Numbered from the stretch's first letter, positions 22,201 through 33,701 are shown. The stretch is 64,000 nt of DNA from Phormidesmis sp. (GCA_965248535.1 CBDFJR010000005.1:736001-800000); one strand, 5' to 3'. Numbers and translations: made by a program. Notes: generated by a model from the sequence alone, not told the origin.

Positions 22201-24524
22201 GCACTATTGGCATCATTAGCTGCTAACTCAGGAGCTTTGCTCACATAGACTACATAGCGACCATCCGCACTGACTGCATTGCCCGGTGTCAAGGTTGAGT
22301 CTTCACTCCCGGTCTTAGGCGTGAGCGTCGGATCGGTGCTCTGACGAGACACTAGGCTAATCGTCGCCCCGCTAGACTGGGCAATAAACACATCAGCCGC
22401 GCTATTGCCGTCGCGATCGACTAAATTGCTAGCCAGACTGGTGAACGCCACAAACGCCCCGTCTGCACTGATCGCTGATGTGAACACTGACGGACTGTTC
22501 GGATCGTCTGATGGAGAATCATTGTTGCCGATCGCGGTTGCACTGCGGCTAATTAAAGACGTAGTGCTGGCGGTTAGATCCCGCACAAACACATCGCGTT
22601 TGCCATTGGTGTCATTGGCAACTAGATTCGTGGCACTGCTGGCAAAACTAATGCGCTTGCCGTCTCCACTAATGGCAGGGTCAGACGAGGCATCATTGCC
22701 AAATGCCCCAGCGGTGTTGCCACTCACTAAAGAAGTGGTCAGTGTCGCAATTTCCCTGACAAACACATCTTGTTTGGCATTGCTGTCGATCGCGCTCACC
22801 AAATCTGTAGAGTAGCTGGTGAATGCAATAAATTTGCCGTCTCCGCTGATGAGGGGGTTGAGCGAACCACTGTCAGCAAACGGGCCACCTAGATTATTGC
22901 TGCTGTTTGTTCCGGCACTGTTGAAGCTGATTAAGCTGATTTTGTTGGCAGTCGTGCTGGCGCTATCCCACAAAAAGATATCTTGGGTGTTGTTGTTATC
23001 AATGCCATTGGCTATGAGATTAGTGGCCGTGCTGACAAATGCAACCCGACTACCATCGTTGCTAATCACCGGATTTCTCGATACATCATCTGCCCCGATC
23101 GTGGGGTCAAGCGAGGTGCTGATCACGTCCATTGTGTCCCCAACTCGACCCCAGCGAAACACGTCTTCGGTGGAGCCGTTAGGATCAGACGCAGTAGGAA
23201 CAAAATTAGTTGCGTTGCTGCTAAACACAACATAATTGCCATCCCGACTCATTGAGAATCCCGTCGAGACCCCTTTGTTGCCGCTGGCTGCCTTGGTGCG
23301 GTTGCGACTGACGAGCGTGACAGCATTACTGCTCGCTGACCCATCCCACTGAAAGACATCGGGCTGGTTGCCGCCATTGTTGTCAGCGAGAGCCGAGGTT
23401 AGGTTAGTCGCATCGCTCAAAAACGAGACATACTGCCCATTGTCACTGATGACAGGGTTATAGGAATCTCCATCTTGAACCGTGGTGGCATTGTTAGCAG
23501 CGCTCACGAGTCGAATTGTGTCGGTGCTGGTGGTGCCGTCCCATTTCCACACAAACACGTCTTTTTTAGCGTTTGTGTCACCCGAAACAATATCAGCCGC
23601 ATCACTCACAAACGCCACAGACAAGCCATCTCCACTGATCACAGCATTGGATGAAGCCCCGTTTGCGCTGCCCGTTTTACCGAGATTGTGGCTGACGAGT
23701 TTGAGAGTTGAAGTCTGACGATCGAGCCAAAATATATCTGATTTGCCATTTTTATCGTTAGCCACCACACTGCCCGAAGTGCTGGTGAAGATGATATAGC
23801 GTCCATCATTGCTCACCGAGCTAGCGCCCAAACTGCCGCCTGTGCTGTCACTGGTGCTCACCAAAGAGGAATCGATCGGAGACAGCAAATCAACAGGCAG
23901 CAAATGATGATAATTTGCCAAGGTAGACGCTTGAAAGACCAGACCTGCCGCAATCTCACCCGTGTGGACTTCTAAAGTCCAGTTGCCGCCAGCCGCCCGA
24001 TCGCCCGTTTGATCCGTCGATGCTGCAATATCTGCCCCCGTGATCTGCCCCAAACGCTGGACAAAACTAAGTCCCTGCTGACCTTGGGCAACATTGCACC
24101 CATAGAGCAAGATATCAGCGCCTTGCGTTAGCGCTTGCGACCATGATCTTAGCTGAGAGGCATAGCGATCGAGACTTTGCTCATTTAACTCAGTGGTGCC
24201 TAACTGCAAGCCGCCTGTCTCACCATGAGACACAATATGAAGACTAGAAATGCCGCTGCGCCCCAAAAGAGTGTGAGTAATCTGGGCAACAGCATCCTCG
24301 ATCGGGTTGAGAATGTGCACCTCAGTTCCAGCAGTCACCCCGGCCACTAAGCTCTGATAATCGGTGACGTTGGCCTCAATAAACAGCAGAGACGTAGCGG
24401 CACGAGCTTGGGCGAGAGTGGGCAGCGGGTTTGCCAAAGGGTTGCCAACCGCAGCTAGGGCAGACGCGCCAGCATCAGGCGACAACACAGAACGGTTTGA
24501 GGCAGATAACCCAGCAAATTCCAT
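13295..24524 (-). pseudogene. Giant surface/adhesin protein (DUF4347, PD40/TolB-like propeller repeats, beta-helix, 13 tandem Calx-beta, ~12 FG-GAP/VCBS blades) split by a +1 frameshift near 21870; pseudogene or assembly error
   Basis: ORFs 21846..24524 and 13295..21901 join into a repeat-consistent ...TSLATNLVSGDGNAKQDVF... if one base is removed from AATCTTAGTC. DUF4347 motifs LHIVSHG and ILLYGC, Calx-beta xxEG...TLTFxP...DE.F repeats, DFNxDGxxDxxWRN repeats. Confidence 0.85.
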
Positions 24525-24728
24525 GACGTTGAACTCCTCGCAAAGTGACCGGGGTTAGAAAGACGGGTCTAGCCGAAACTATCCTTCCCAAAGACGTAAG
24601 TAGAACACACATTTCTGAGAACAAACACGCAATCTTTCCGTCCGCAACGGTCAATCTTTACAATTTTTTGGCAGAAAATTATTGATATTTACGGAGGCGA
24701 TCGTGCTCCAGCGAGTGCTATCGAGCGT

Positions 24729-25643
24729 TTGAACACCAGATCGGAATATACTGAAATCATGGTTGCAAATTTTTTGCCTGCTGAATCTGCTGGTCTCAGC
24801 GAGGCTGCTTCAATTGCCCTGTCTCAGCAGATCACTCGTCACGCGATCGCGACTCCGTTGATTAAAGCCGCGATCGAGACAGCATACGTCCATCAAGGTG
24901 CAGGCGGCACCCCGATTTTGCTGCTGCATGGGTTTGATAGCTCAGTCTTTGAGTTTCGCCGCCTGTTGCCCCTGCTTGCCGCCCAGCAAGACACTTGGGC
25001 CGTCGATATGTTGGGGTTTGGGTTCACAGATCGCCCGATCGGCGTTGCCTTTAGCCCCACCAGCCTCAAAACCCACCTTCATGCGTTTTGGCAGACCTTG
25101 ATCGGGCAGCCTGTGATCTTAGTCGGGGCTTCCATGGGCGGAGCCGCCGCGATCGATTTCGCCCTCACCTATCCTCAAGCGGTGGCAAAGCTTGTGCTGA
25201 TTGACAGTGCCGGATTCGCCGCCGGCCCAGCCGTCTCTCGATTTCTGGTTCCGCCTCTCGGCTATCTAGCCACCGAATTTTTACGCCAGCCCCAAGTCAG
25301 ACGACAAGTCAGTCTCAAAGCTTACGCTGATCCCACGTTTGTGACACCCGACGCGCAGCTATGCGCCGCCCTACACTTGCAGTTACCCCGATGGAGTCAG
25401 TCCATTATTGCCTTCACCAAGAGCGGCGGCTATAACTTTTTGAGCGATAAAATCTCGCAGATTAATCAACCGACGCTAATTATTTGGGGCGACACTGACC
25501 AAATTTTGGGCACCCAAGACGCAGAGCGCTTCAAAGATGCGATTCCAACTAGCCAACTCCGGTGGATTCAAAACTGCGGACACGTTCCCCATCTAGAGCA
25601 GCCCAAAATCACAGCCGCCTGCCTTCTAGAACGTTTTGAGTAA
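24729..25643 (+). CDS. Alpha/beta-fold hydrolase (start may be the ATG at 24759)
   Basis: LLHGFDSS, nucleophile elbow GASMGG, C-terminal CGHVPHLE. Confidence 0.92.
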   Translation: MNTRSEYTEIMVANFLPAESAGLSEAASIALSQQITRHAIATPLIKAAIETAYVHQGAGGTPILLLHGFDSSVFEFRRLLPLLAAQQDTWAVDMLGFGFTDRPIGVAFSPTSLKTHLHAFWQTLIGQPVILVGASMGGAAAIDFALTYPQAVAKLVLIDSAGFAAGPAVSRFLVPPLGYLATEFLRQPQVRRQVSLKAYADPTFVTPDAQLCAALHLQLPRWSQSIIAFTKSGGYNFLSDKISQINQPTLIIWGDTDQILGTQDAERFKDAIPTSQLRWIQNCGHVPHLEQPKITAACLLERFE

Positions 25644-25841
25644 CCCGACGATGGGACTCAGACCGAGTAACTTTCCTAGGCAGCGCTCAGAATGACTTAA
25701 GCCAAAATAGCTATTTTTTGTTAAGAAATTTGATATTTCTGATACTATCCGCTAGTCTTTTTCCTAAGTGTTTATACTAAACTCTAGCCACTTAACCACC
25801 GTGCTGCCGAGGCCAAGTCTGATGTAATTTAACAGCAGAAC

Positions 25842-28800
25842 ATGGCATCTACCCACAAGTCTCTCATTGCTTACTTAACGGTCTTAGGATCAGGAATCGG
25901 CCTTTGTAGTCAGCTTCATGCCCAGACCATTGTTCCCTCCCTAGATGGGGTGGGCACGTCTGTCTTGCAGAATGGCAACGTCTTCGACATTGAAGGAGGG
26001 GTGACATCTCGCAACGGCACAAATCTCTTTCACAGTTTTCAAAAGTTCGGTCTTGATATCAATCAAACGGCTAACTTCCGGTCTAACCCAAAGATTCAAA
26101 CCATTATTAGCCGAGATGTGGGGGGTATCCCCTCGCTGATTAACGGGCTGCTGCAAGTCACAGGCAGCAACGCCAATTTTTATTTCATTAACCCGGCGGG
26201 GATTATCTTAGGATCGAGCGCCCGGCTGAATGTGCCTGCTGCCTTTATGGCCACCACTGCTAACGGCATTGGCTTTGGCAACAACTGGTTTAATGCGATC
26301 GGGTCGAATGATTATCTATCTTTAGGGTCAGCCCCCAGCAGCTTTGCATTTACAATGCCTCAGCCAGGGGTGATCATCAATGCTGGTAACCTCACCGTGG
26401 GGTCAGGGCAACCACTCACCCTGTTAGGCGGGACGGTGATCAACACCGGACAACTCAGCGCTCCGGGTGGACAGATCACCATTGCGGCTGTTCCGGGTGA
26501 AAGCCTCGTGCGCGTCAGCCAGCCAGGTCGTTTATTAAGTCTAGAACTGCAATCTTTGACCGCTCCTTCTCCGCTTTCGGCGCTGCCATTTTCTCCTCTC
26601 TCTCTACCTCAGCTTTTGACGGGGGGCGGTGGAGGGCACGCAACGGGGATGGTGATCGACAATAACACCGTCAAGTTAGTCGGTTCTGGGGTGACGCTGC
26701 CCACAGCATCAGGGACGGCGATCGTGTCCGATCAAATCAATGTTTCAGGAGTCAAGGGGGGCACCGTTCAGGTTTTGGGAGATCGGGTCGCGCTGGTGAA
26801 TGCCACGATCGCCGCATCTGGAACCCAAGGCGGCGGAACGGTGCTGATCGGGGGCGATTATCAGGGCCGAGGCACAGTGCCCAAAGCAACTCTAACGAGT
26901 GTTGATGCCAACTCTACTATCAGCGCCAACGCTTGGCAGCAAGGGGATGGAGGGAAGATTGTTGTTTGGGCAGATGGCACCACCCGGTTTAATGGTCAGA
27001 TCGAGGCTCGTGGCGGTGCTCAGGCGGGCAATGGCGGGTTAGTCGAGGTTTCAGGCAAGGAACATTTGGACTTTAAGGGACAGGTTGACACCAGCGCCGC
27101 AAACGGAATCACAGGGCACCTTTTGCTAGATCCCCGCGATATCACGATCGTAGGGGGAAGTGGAGGAACACCCCCAGATGATCAAGAACTGCTCTCGACT
27201 GGGCAACTAGCTGGAACAAATGATTATGCCATTTCGCAAACCGCTCTAGAAACTCTAGCCGCCCGCACAACCTTCACATTGCAGGCAGACAATAACATTA
27301 CTATTCAAGCGTTGAGCAATAACACCCTCAACCTGTCCCAAACAACGGGCACCTTTGAGTTTATTGCCAAGAATACATTTTCGATGAATCCCAGCAACAC
27401 TCTCACTACTCAGGGAGCAGGCATTAAGATTCAGGCAGGCAATCAGGCGACGATCGGCGGCATCGAAGCGGGAGGCTCGATCGACCTAGTGAGCGATCGG
27501 CTAAATTTTTTGGGAGGGGTTGATTCGATTCGTCCCAAACGGGGGGTTTCTACCCAGATCAGCCTACGATCGGGTTCCCCTAATAGACTGGTCAGGCTAG
27601 AAGACAACAACAGTTCTACTGATAAAAATAATGAAGTTCTAGACATTCATGTCGGCGAACTGGCGGCAATTCAGCAACAAAATTTTACTCAGCTTGCGAT
27701 TCAAGGAGATGACATCGACATCACCAGAGATTTTCCGAGTGGAACCCCCATTTTTCCATTCCGAACCAAGCTGGTGCTAGAAGCGCGAAACGCGGTCACC
27801 ATTGACAACAGTATTATTCCTGGGCTAACAGTTCCCTCTCTGGTGATTAGGGCTAATAAGATTGTCTTGCCTAATGCTCCGGGAGTGATTCAATCTGGGT
27901 CTGTGACTCTGGGCGCTTCAGTCAACAGTCCCCAGACTAACATTGTTGTGGGGACACCCTCAGCAGAATCTTTGAAGGATCTGACGATTACCCAACAAAG
28001 TTTAGATGCTATTACGACTCCTGCGCTGCAATCTCTGACGTTTGAGACTGGGGGAAACATCACCGTTACCCAGCCTGTGACCACTAATGCTGCTCTCAAC
28101 TTCCAGCTTCAAGGCAATTTTACGCTGTTGCAACCAGCCTCAACAAACGGAGGCAATTTTTCCGTCAACACAACCGGAACCATTCAACTAGCAAGTCCTG
28201 TTCGCACCCAAGGGGGCACGATCGCGTTAAAGGGCGCTGCGCTAACAACAACCTTGTTAGATGCGAGTAATCTATCCGGTCAGGGCGGCGCGATTAATCT
28301 GCAAGCAGGCAGTGTGGTCACGGGAGATTTAAATAGCTCTGGGCAGCAGGGCGGAGCCATCACCGTGCAGGCTCCTACGGGCATTACGACTCAGGCGATT
28401 AATTCTAGCGGCTCGTTGTTGGGCGGTGGCGCAGTCAACTTGAGCACCCTGCGGGCGGTTGATGTGGGGTCAATTAACGCTCAAGGCGGGACTCAGGGGA
28501 GTGGTGGCGACATTGGCATAGACTTTGTGGATGCGCGGGGTGGCGACGCAGGCAAGGGTGGAACGGTGGATGTGACTACCAATGGGCGGTTTCGATCGCA
28601 GGGCAGTTTTTTGGTGAATGGAATTGATACTAGTATTGCGACAGGGGGCGGATTGGGGGGCGGAAACATTAAGATTCAGGTGGCAAAGAATCAGTTAAAT
28701 GTCCCGTTTACGGTGGGGGACTCGTCAATCAACGGCACCAAAGGCGCGCTTTCTACGGGCGCAGATAATGTGATTTTGCCCCGGCAGGTGATTTCAGGAG

Positions 28801-30392
28801 ATTTTACGCAGACAGGGCGATCGGGCACGATTCAAATCACGTCGGGCAGCAGGGTGCCCACCATTGAGCCAATACCAACCTTACCGACGACCCCATCAAC
28901 GATTCCATCGGGTGATTTATCTACCCTTCTGATTCCCAATCTAATTCCACCGTTGCCGCTTGCTTTGCCCGACGAAACTGTTCAACGACTGAGCGACATT
29001 CAGCGCACTCTGCAACAGTTAGAGATTGATAAGGGGATTCGACCAGCCCTGATCTATGTCAGTTTTTTGCCAATGCCCCTACAAGATGAACCCAGGCAAG
29101 CCAACAGACAAAAACAGCGCAATGCCATAGAAACTCAGTTTTTTTCCCAGAAGGCTCCCTTGGCGATTCCAGAGTATAGGCTTGAGGGTGAGCAAAAAGC
29201 CCCTCATTTAATCGGCTATCGTCAGTCTGAAGAGTATCAACCAGTCAATGAACCCAATCGATTGGAACTCTTGATGGTGACTAGCCAGAATGTCTACTCT
29301 CAACCCTTTTGTTTAGATAAGCAGGGGGCGGAGCAAAATTGTTCAGGCTATTTGGGTGATAGTCATGAAGCAGTGACGGAGAAAGTTCAAGAACTACAGG
29401 AATGCTTTATTAAACCTCAAGAAACAAAAGCAGCGAGTTGGAACTGTGCTCGCAGTGCGGCTAGACTGCTCTATAGGCGGTTATTAGCCCCGCTAGAGAG
29501 CAAAATTGAGGGCGATCGCATCGACAACATTGCCTTTGTGATGCCAGTGGGGTTGAGACAAATCCCGATCGCCGCGTTGCTCTATGACGATCAGCAGAGA
29601 AAAGAGCAGTCGATTTTAACTAAAAAATACAGCATTGGCTTTGTTCCTAGTATGACAGATACCCTAATTTGGCCAAAGCGAGGTATGCAGGAATCTAATC
29701 TGCTGGCATTGGGGGTCTCTAAATTTCACAAGAGAGCCACTGACCTGCCGGGAGTAGAGAAGGAGCTTAAACAAGTTAACGAGGCTTGGACAAAAGACCG
29801 TCTCCTCTCCCCTGCCGATCGTCAAGGGTTCTCTGGCAGCACGTCGGGTGGTCAGTTTGTCAACGGAGCAAGGGCAGCTACTGTGCCTAAGGTTCATCAG
29901 TTGCATGATGAGGAGGTTACGGCATTGCGCTGGCAACAGTCAAGACAAAGCGGGCAGTATCCCCTTGTTCATTTAGCAACCCATGCTCAGTTTGAACAGA
30001 CACAACCCGAAAATTCTCAGCTATGGTTTGGCGATCGGGCCCTAACATTCAAGGAATTTGAGATGGCTAGCCTGCATATCCCGCGCATCGACCTTTTAAT
30101 CTTGAGTGCTTGTTCTACGGCAACTAGTAGTGACACCAGCGCTGCGTTTGAGTATGGATTTGCAGGATTAGCCCATGAGTTAGGAGTCAAGTCGGTGTTA
30201 GCAAGTCTATGGCTCGCCAATGACCAACAAACTGGGGACAATTTAATGCCTCTTTTCTATAAAAACCTCCGTGACCCTGCAACTAGAACGAAAGCTGAAG
30301 CGCTGAGAAAAGCCCAACTCAGCCTTTATGAAGACCCAAACCTTGACCCTCGATATTGGGCTGGCTTTGTCATGGTGGGCAGCCCGTGGTAG
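25842..30392 (+). CDS. Filamentous-haemagglutinin (TPS) N-domain, Gly-rich beta-helix, C-terminal CHAT (caspase-like) domain
   Basis: Signal peptide; NLFHSFQKFGL and FINPAGI TPS motifs; CHAT VHLATHAQF (His) and LLILSAC (Cys); ends PRYWAGFVMVGSPW. Confidence 0.92.
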   Translation: MASTHKSLIAYLTVLGSGIGLCSQLHAQTIVPSLDGVGTSVLQNGNVFDIEGGVTSRNGTNLFHSFQKFGLDINQTANFRSNPKIQTIISRDVGGIPSLINGLLQVTGSNANFYFINPAGIILGSSARLNVPAAFMATTANGIGFGNNWFNAIGSNDYLSLGSAPSSFAFTMPQPGVIINAGNLTVGSGQPLTLLGGTVINTGQLSAPGGQITIAAVPGESLVRVSQPGRLLSLELQSLTAPSPLSALPFSPLSLPQLLTGGGGGHATGMVIDNNTVKLVGSGVTLPTASGTAIVSDQINVSGVKGGTVQVLGDRVALVNATIAASGTQGGGTVLIGGDYQGRGTVPKATLTSVDANSTISANAWQQGDGGKIVVWADGTTRFNGQIEARGGAQAGNGGLVEVSGKEHLDFKGQVDTSAANGITGHLLLDPRDITIVGGSGGTPPDDQELLSTGQLAGTNDYAISQTALETLAARTTFTLQADNNITIQALSNNTLNLSQTTGTFEFIAKNTFSMNPSNTLTTQGAGIKIQAGNQATIGGIEAGGSIDLVSDRLNFLGGVDSIRPKRGVSTQISLRSGSPNRLVRLEDNNSSTDKNNEVLDIHVGELAAIQQQNFTQLAIQGDDIDITRDFPSGTPIFPFRTKLVLEARNAVTIDNSIIPGLTVPSLVIRANKIVLPNAPGVIQSGSVTLGASVNSPQTNIVVGTPSAESLKDLTITQQSLDAITTPALQSLTFETGGNITVTQPVTTNAALNFQLQGNFTLLQPASTNGGNFSVNTTGTIQLASPVRTQGGTIALKGAALTTTLLDASNLSGQGGAINLQAGSVVTGDLNSSGQQGGAITVQAPTGITTQAINSSGSLLGGGAVNLSTLRAVDVGSINAQGGTQGSGGDIGIDFVDARGGDAGKGGTVDVTTNGRFRSQGSFLVNGIDTSIATGGGLGGGNIKIQVAKNQLNVPFTVGDSSINGTKGALSTGADNVILPRQVISGDFTQTGRSGTIQITSGSRVPTIEPIPTLPTTPSTIPSGDLSTLLIPNLIPPLPLALPDETVQRLSDIQRTLQQLEIDKGIRPALIYVSFLPMPLQDEPRQANRQKQRNAIETQFFSQKAPLAIPEYRLEGEQKAPHLIGYRQSEEYQPVNEPNRLELLMVTSQNVYSQPFCLDKQGAEQNCSGYLGDSHEAVTEKVQELQECFIKPQETKAASWNCARSAARLLYRRLLAPLESKIEGDRIDNIAFVMPVGLRQIPIAALLYDDQQRKEQSILTKKYSIGFVPSMTDTLIWPKRGMQESNLLALGVSKFHKRATDLPGVEKELKQVNEAWTKDRLLSPADRQGFSGSTSGGQFVNGARAATVPKVHQLHDEEVTALRWQQSRQSGQYPLVHLATHAQFEQTQPENSQLWFGDRALTFKEFEMASLHIPRIDLLILSACSTATSSDTSAAFEYGFAGLAHELGVKSVLASLWLANDQQTGDNLMPLFYKNLRDPATRTKAEALRKAQLSLYEDPNLDPRYWAGFVMVGSPW

Positions 30393-30397
30393 AGACA

Positions 30398-31141
30398 CTA
30401 TCGTTTTAGGTAAATCGTGCATTCTGGGTTGTTCCGAATGCGGTTGAGCTTATCGGTAAGGTCTGGTTTGGGCTGAGGTTCAGCAAACATCAGTTGAATC
30501 GCATCAGCCCGGAGGTTTCCTTCCATTGCCAAGTAACGCCAGTAGGCTTCTGAACTAGAGAACATGGCAGCAGATTTAGCAGGCTTTTCAACTACTTGAA
30601 ACGATCGCTCTAAAGACAACTCTATGGGTTTTTGACTAGGTTTGACATCTGCTTGGTTTTCATAAAAAACCTGTAGAGTATATTGTCCAACTGTTAAAGG
30701 TTGAACCTTTGACTGAGGAGACGCACCCGACCCATAGCGGATCTGCTGTTGATTAGGGTCAATATTAGCCTGCTCCCAAATGATTGATTTAGAATTTCTT
30801 TTTGTGGGTTGCAAAACCCGGACACGGGTGACAACTAGCCCAAATTTAGGTGGCTTGCTTGCGGCATCGATCACTAAATTCTTCCAAATAAACAGAGGGG
30901 TTTGACTAGATGTTTTATAAAGACTGGCATCTTCAGAGGAGGGCCAGAGCACGCAGAGAGGATCGCGAGAGCTACCAGAACCCTTAGAGCCAATCAACCA
31001 ATCCCAAAAAGAACCTGCTTGGGCGATCGCATCCCGCACTCCCACTTGATTTTTGTGAGTCGTGATCTCGATCGCGCCAATGCCCGCAGTCAATCCTAGA
31101 AAAAGCAGCCCGATCGCACACTTTTTAATCACTCGTTGCAT
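30398..31141 (-). CDS. Exported DUF928-like protein
   Basis: N-terminal hydrophobic signal, GSSRDPLCVLWP...TSSQTPLFIW pattern, and position next to a CHASE2 gene. Confidence 0.55.
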   Translation of the reverse strand: MQRVIKKCAIGLLFLGLTAGIGAIEITTHKNQVGVRDAIAQAGSFWDWLIGSKGSGSSRDPLCVLWPSSEDASLYKTSSQTPLFIWKNLVIDAASKPPKFGLVVTRVRVLQPTKRNSKSIIWEQANIDPNQQQIRYGSGASPQSKVQPLTVGQYTLQVFYENQADVKPSQKPIELSLERSFQVVEKPAKSAAMFSSSEAYWRYLAMEGNLRADAIQLMFAEPQPKPDLTDKLNRIRNNPECTIYLKR

Positions 31142-33701
31142 AACGTAGCCTCCGTTGATTTTGTATTTGTGATATCCACGGCCAGAGGGTCAACCCCACC
31201 ACAACTGAAGGGAAGATGATGGGTATTGCTAGTCCGCATAGACTATAGAGTTGCAGTGATCCTAAAACATAGGCTAAATATCCGATCGGTAGATTGTTAA
31301 GCCAGCGATCGCGCTTCTCTGGGCTACTCTGATCGAGTTGTGAATAAATCTCTTTAGAGACCCCAACAGCGAGAAGAATAAACAGTATTGGGTGAAGTGC
31401 CCAAATGAAATGACGATTTTTAATTTGATAGACCATGTAGGCATGGACAATACCCAGGGGGAAAATCTTGTCATCTGAACTCATTTGACACTGCGACTGC
31501 TTCTGTCCCAACCCTACTACTCCCCGAAAACTACACCAATAGCGCATCGCGGCCGGAAAAGATTCTTTGTCCTCTTTATCTTGCAAATCATAGCCACCGG
31601 GAATGATGATCACGATCTGATTCTTAATACCAGCCCTAAATTCTTGATCATCTAATTTTTCAGCTAAGTCTTTTGCTTTGACTTTGGTATATACCTGATC
31701 AGGCGATAAAGAAAAATCTAATAAGTTTTGTAGCCAAAAAGAAGACTGGCGATCGTGCAAAATAGCCTGTAGAGGCTGCCCCGAATCGGCATCTTTGGGC
31801 AACTTGTTCAATTGTATTGGTAGTCTGAGTTGCAAAGGACTAGAAGAAGAGCTAGAAGGAGTCAGTTTGTTGGCTTCTTGTTGAGTCATTTGCTGAACTA
31901 GCGTTAGCAAATAGGCAAAAGGCAGGGTTGATTTTGAGTCGGGTGGATTTTTATACTGTACATTCAGGGGATCTTGATCAGGTAGTTCTACTTGCCACGG
32001 CTGAAAATCAGTATTCCCTTGAAGTGTCTGGTTTGGGTTAGCCAGTTTAGAATGTGCGCCTAGGCTGCGAATACTACTTTGTGCAAATACAAGCCAAGTT
32101 TGCTTTTTAATGCTGTCTGATAGAGCCAAACGCAGTTGACGATCTTGCTCAGAAACAGGTTCGTTTAAGAGATAGTCAACACCAATCACTTTCGCTTGAG
32201 CTTGAGTCAGTTGGTTAATTAGCGTAGCGAGATAGCGCCGATCAATGGGGTTAGTGGTGAGAGATGGAAACTCTGCGGCGGCTGCGTTGAGCGAGTCTTG
32301 ATCGATAGACACTAGAAGCACTGGAGGCGACAGGGGGTTAGCAGGTTGATGAAGCCCCACCCTAGATCCAATATCTTGCGCGATCGCCTGCACCGCAGTG
32401 CGTCCGTTAAAGAGACGATTTTGCAAGGGTGCAATCAAACTGAGAACGGCTATCGTAGCCACTATTGCTGACTCACGTCGCGTCGGCTGCCACTTTTGTC
32501 TCTGTCGCTCTAGAAAACTCCGTTCTAACTGAAAAGGCAGTGCCTCAGGGTGGCGAAATTGAGCAGGAACTAGATAAGCAGAAGGATGATCAGCCCGTTT
32601 ATTTTCCAGGTGAGCACAAGCCCTGTTCATCGCCTCGTGTAGTGGACAATGATGGCGAAGGTGATGGCACAGGTGGTCTAAAAAATGGGTAGCCGCATCG
32701 ACATGAATAAGGTGCTTCATGGCGATCGCGTGACTCAAACCCAGATCTATTAGACTATGGGCAAAGTGATAGGTGTTGCATGAGATCAAGATGGCAACTT
32801 TCCAGCCATTGGCGATCGCGGCTTTAAACTCCTCTTGATATTGGTGAAAATGCATTCTTTCTTGAGCACCAAAATGAATGCAGCCACCTGTCAAAAATTC
32901 CTGTGCTCCGTGACCCGAAAACACCACAATGTCTGGCCCTTCTTTGAGCTTTTCTAGAAATTGTTGACGTAGCGCCTCAGGGGTTCCACACTCTTTTGAT
33001 GTCAGAGTTGTGACCTTTACCCCTCCTGCCTGAGCCAGCCTATTAACTAAATTTTCGTGTTTCAAAAACTTGGAGGCTTCCGGTTCATCTTTACTGTGGG
33101 CAATCACCTGTAAAACCCGAATGCTACCCCGCCGCTCAAGCGTTTGATCACCAGAGGTTTGCTGGCTGGTAAACCGATTTTCAACGGTTCTCCCTAAATA
33201 TATTCCCTCTTCAATCTTAAACGTGCGCCAAGGCAAGTGATGAACTATATCCCTCGGAGGACAATCACAAAATACTAAAACCTCAACAGGGGTCAAGAGA
33301 TCAGGCCCGATCTCTCGGCGGATCTCTCGAATAGCATTCCAAATTAAGTCTAGTTGGGGCTGGTTTAGCCACGCATGAAAGGCAGGAACTAGAGCGTTTT
33401 CAGCCTTTGTTATACCTGCATCATTGCTCGACTCATCATCGGGCTGATCAGTGTCAGGAGATAGCAAGGCAACCCGGTTTTGAGCCGTATTCCATGTGCT
33501 TTTATAATTCCTTTGCCAAGCGTCATCAGCGCCCTTTAAGTGATCCCATGCCCGTTTTCCGATCCCTGATGTTAATACATCTTGAATGATCGGACTGATA
33601 TTTCTAGTAGGATGCGTAACAATAAACTCATAGCGACCCTCACTGTCGGAGGAACGGCGAATTTGTAGGTGAATTGTAGGAATTTGATAGGATTGAACCA
33701 T
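31125..33701 (-). CDS. CHAT protease domain, TM, CHASE2 sensor domain, 3 C-terminal TM helices
   Basis: PDIVVFSGHG (His), AILISC (Cys); CHASE2 VLLVSIDQDSL...RRYLATLINQL...VIGVDYLL...GIVHA; hydrophobic C-terminus. Confidence 0.88.
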   Translation of the reverse strand: MVQSYQIPTIHLQIRRSSDSEGRYEFIVTHPTRNISPIIQDVLTSGIGKRAWDHLKGADDAWQRNYKSTWNTAQNRVALLSPDTDQPDDESSNDAGITKAENALVPAFHAWLNQPQLDLIWNAIREIRREIGPDLLTPVEVLVFCDCPPRDIVHHLPWRTFKIEEGIYLGRTVENRFTSQQTSGDQTLERRGSIRVLQVIAHSKDEPEASKFLKHENLVNRLAQAGGVKVTTLTSKECGTPEALRQQFLEKLKEGPDIVVFSGHGAQEFLTGGCIHFGAQERMHFHQYQEEFKAAIANGWKVAILISCNTYHFAHSLIDLGLSHAIAMKHLIHVDAATHFLDHLCHHLRHHCPLHEAMNRACAHLENKRADHPSAYLVPAQFRHPEALPFQLERSFLERQRQKWQPTRRESAIVATIAVLSLIAPLQNRLFNGRTAVQAIAQDIGSRVGLHQPANPLSPPVLLVSIDQDSLNAAAAEFPSLTTNPIDRRYLATLINQLTQAQAKVIGVDYLLNEPVSEQDRQLRLALSDSIKKQTWLVFAQSSIRSLGAHSKLANPNQTLQGNTDFQPWQVELPDQDPLNVQYKNPPDSKSTLPFAYLLTLVQQMTQQEANKLTPSSSSSSPLQLRLPIQLNKLPKDADSGQPLQAILHDRQSSFWLQNLLDFSLSPDQVYTKVKAKDLAEKLDDQEFRAGIKNQIVIIIPGGYDLQDKEDKESFPAAMRYWCSFRGVVGLGQKQSQCQMSSDDKIFPLGIVHAYMVYQIKNRHFIWALHPILFILLAVGVSKEIYSQLDQSSPEKRDRWLNNLPIGYLAYVLGSLQLYSLCGLAIPIIFPSVVVGLTLWPWISQIQNQRRLRYATSD

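Noticed and set aside
14084..23718. Many 60-190 aa plus-strand ORFs inside the giant gene
   Set aside because: Antisense shadows of a repetitive coding sequence; no independent motifs or RBS.
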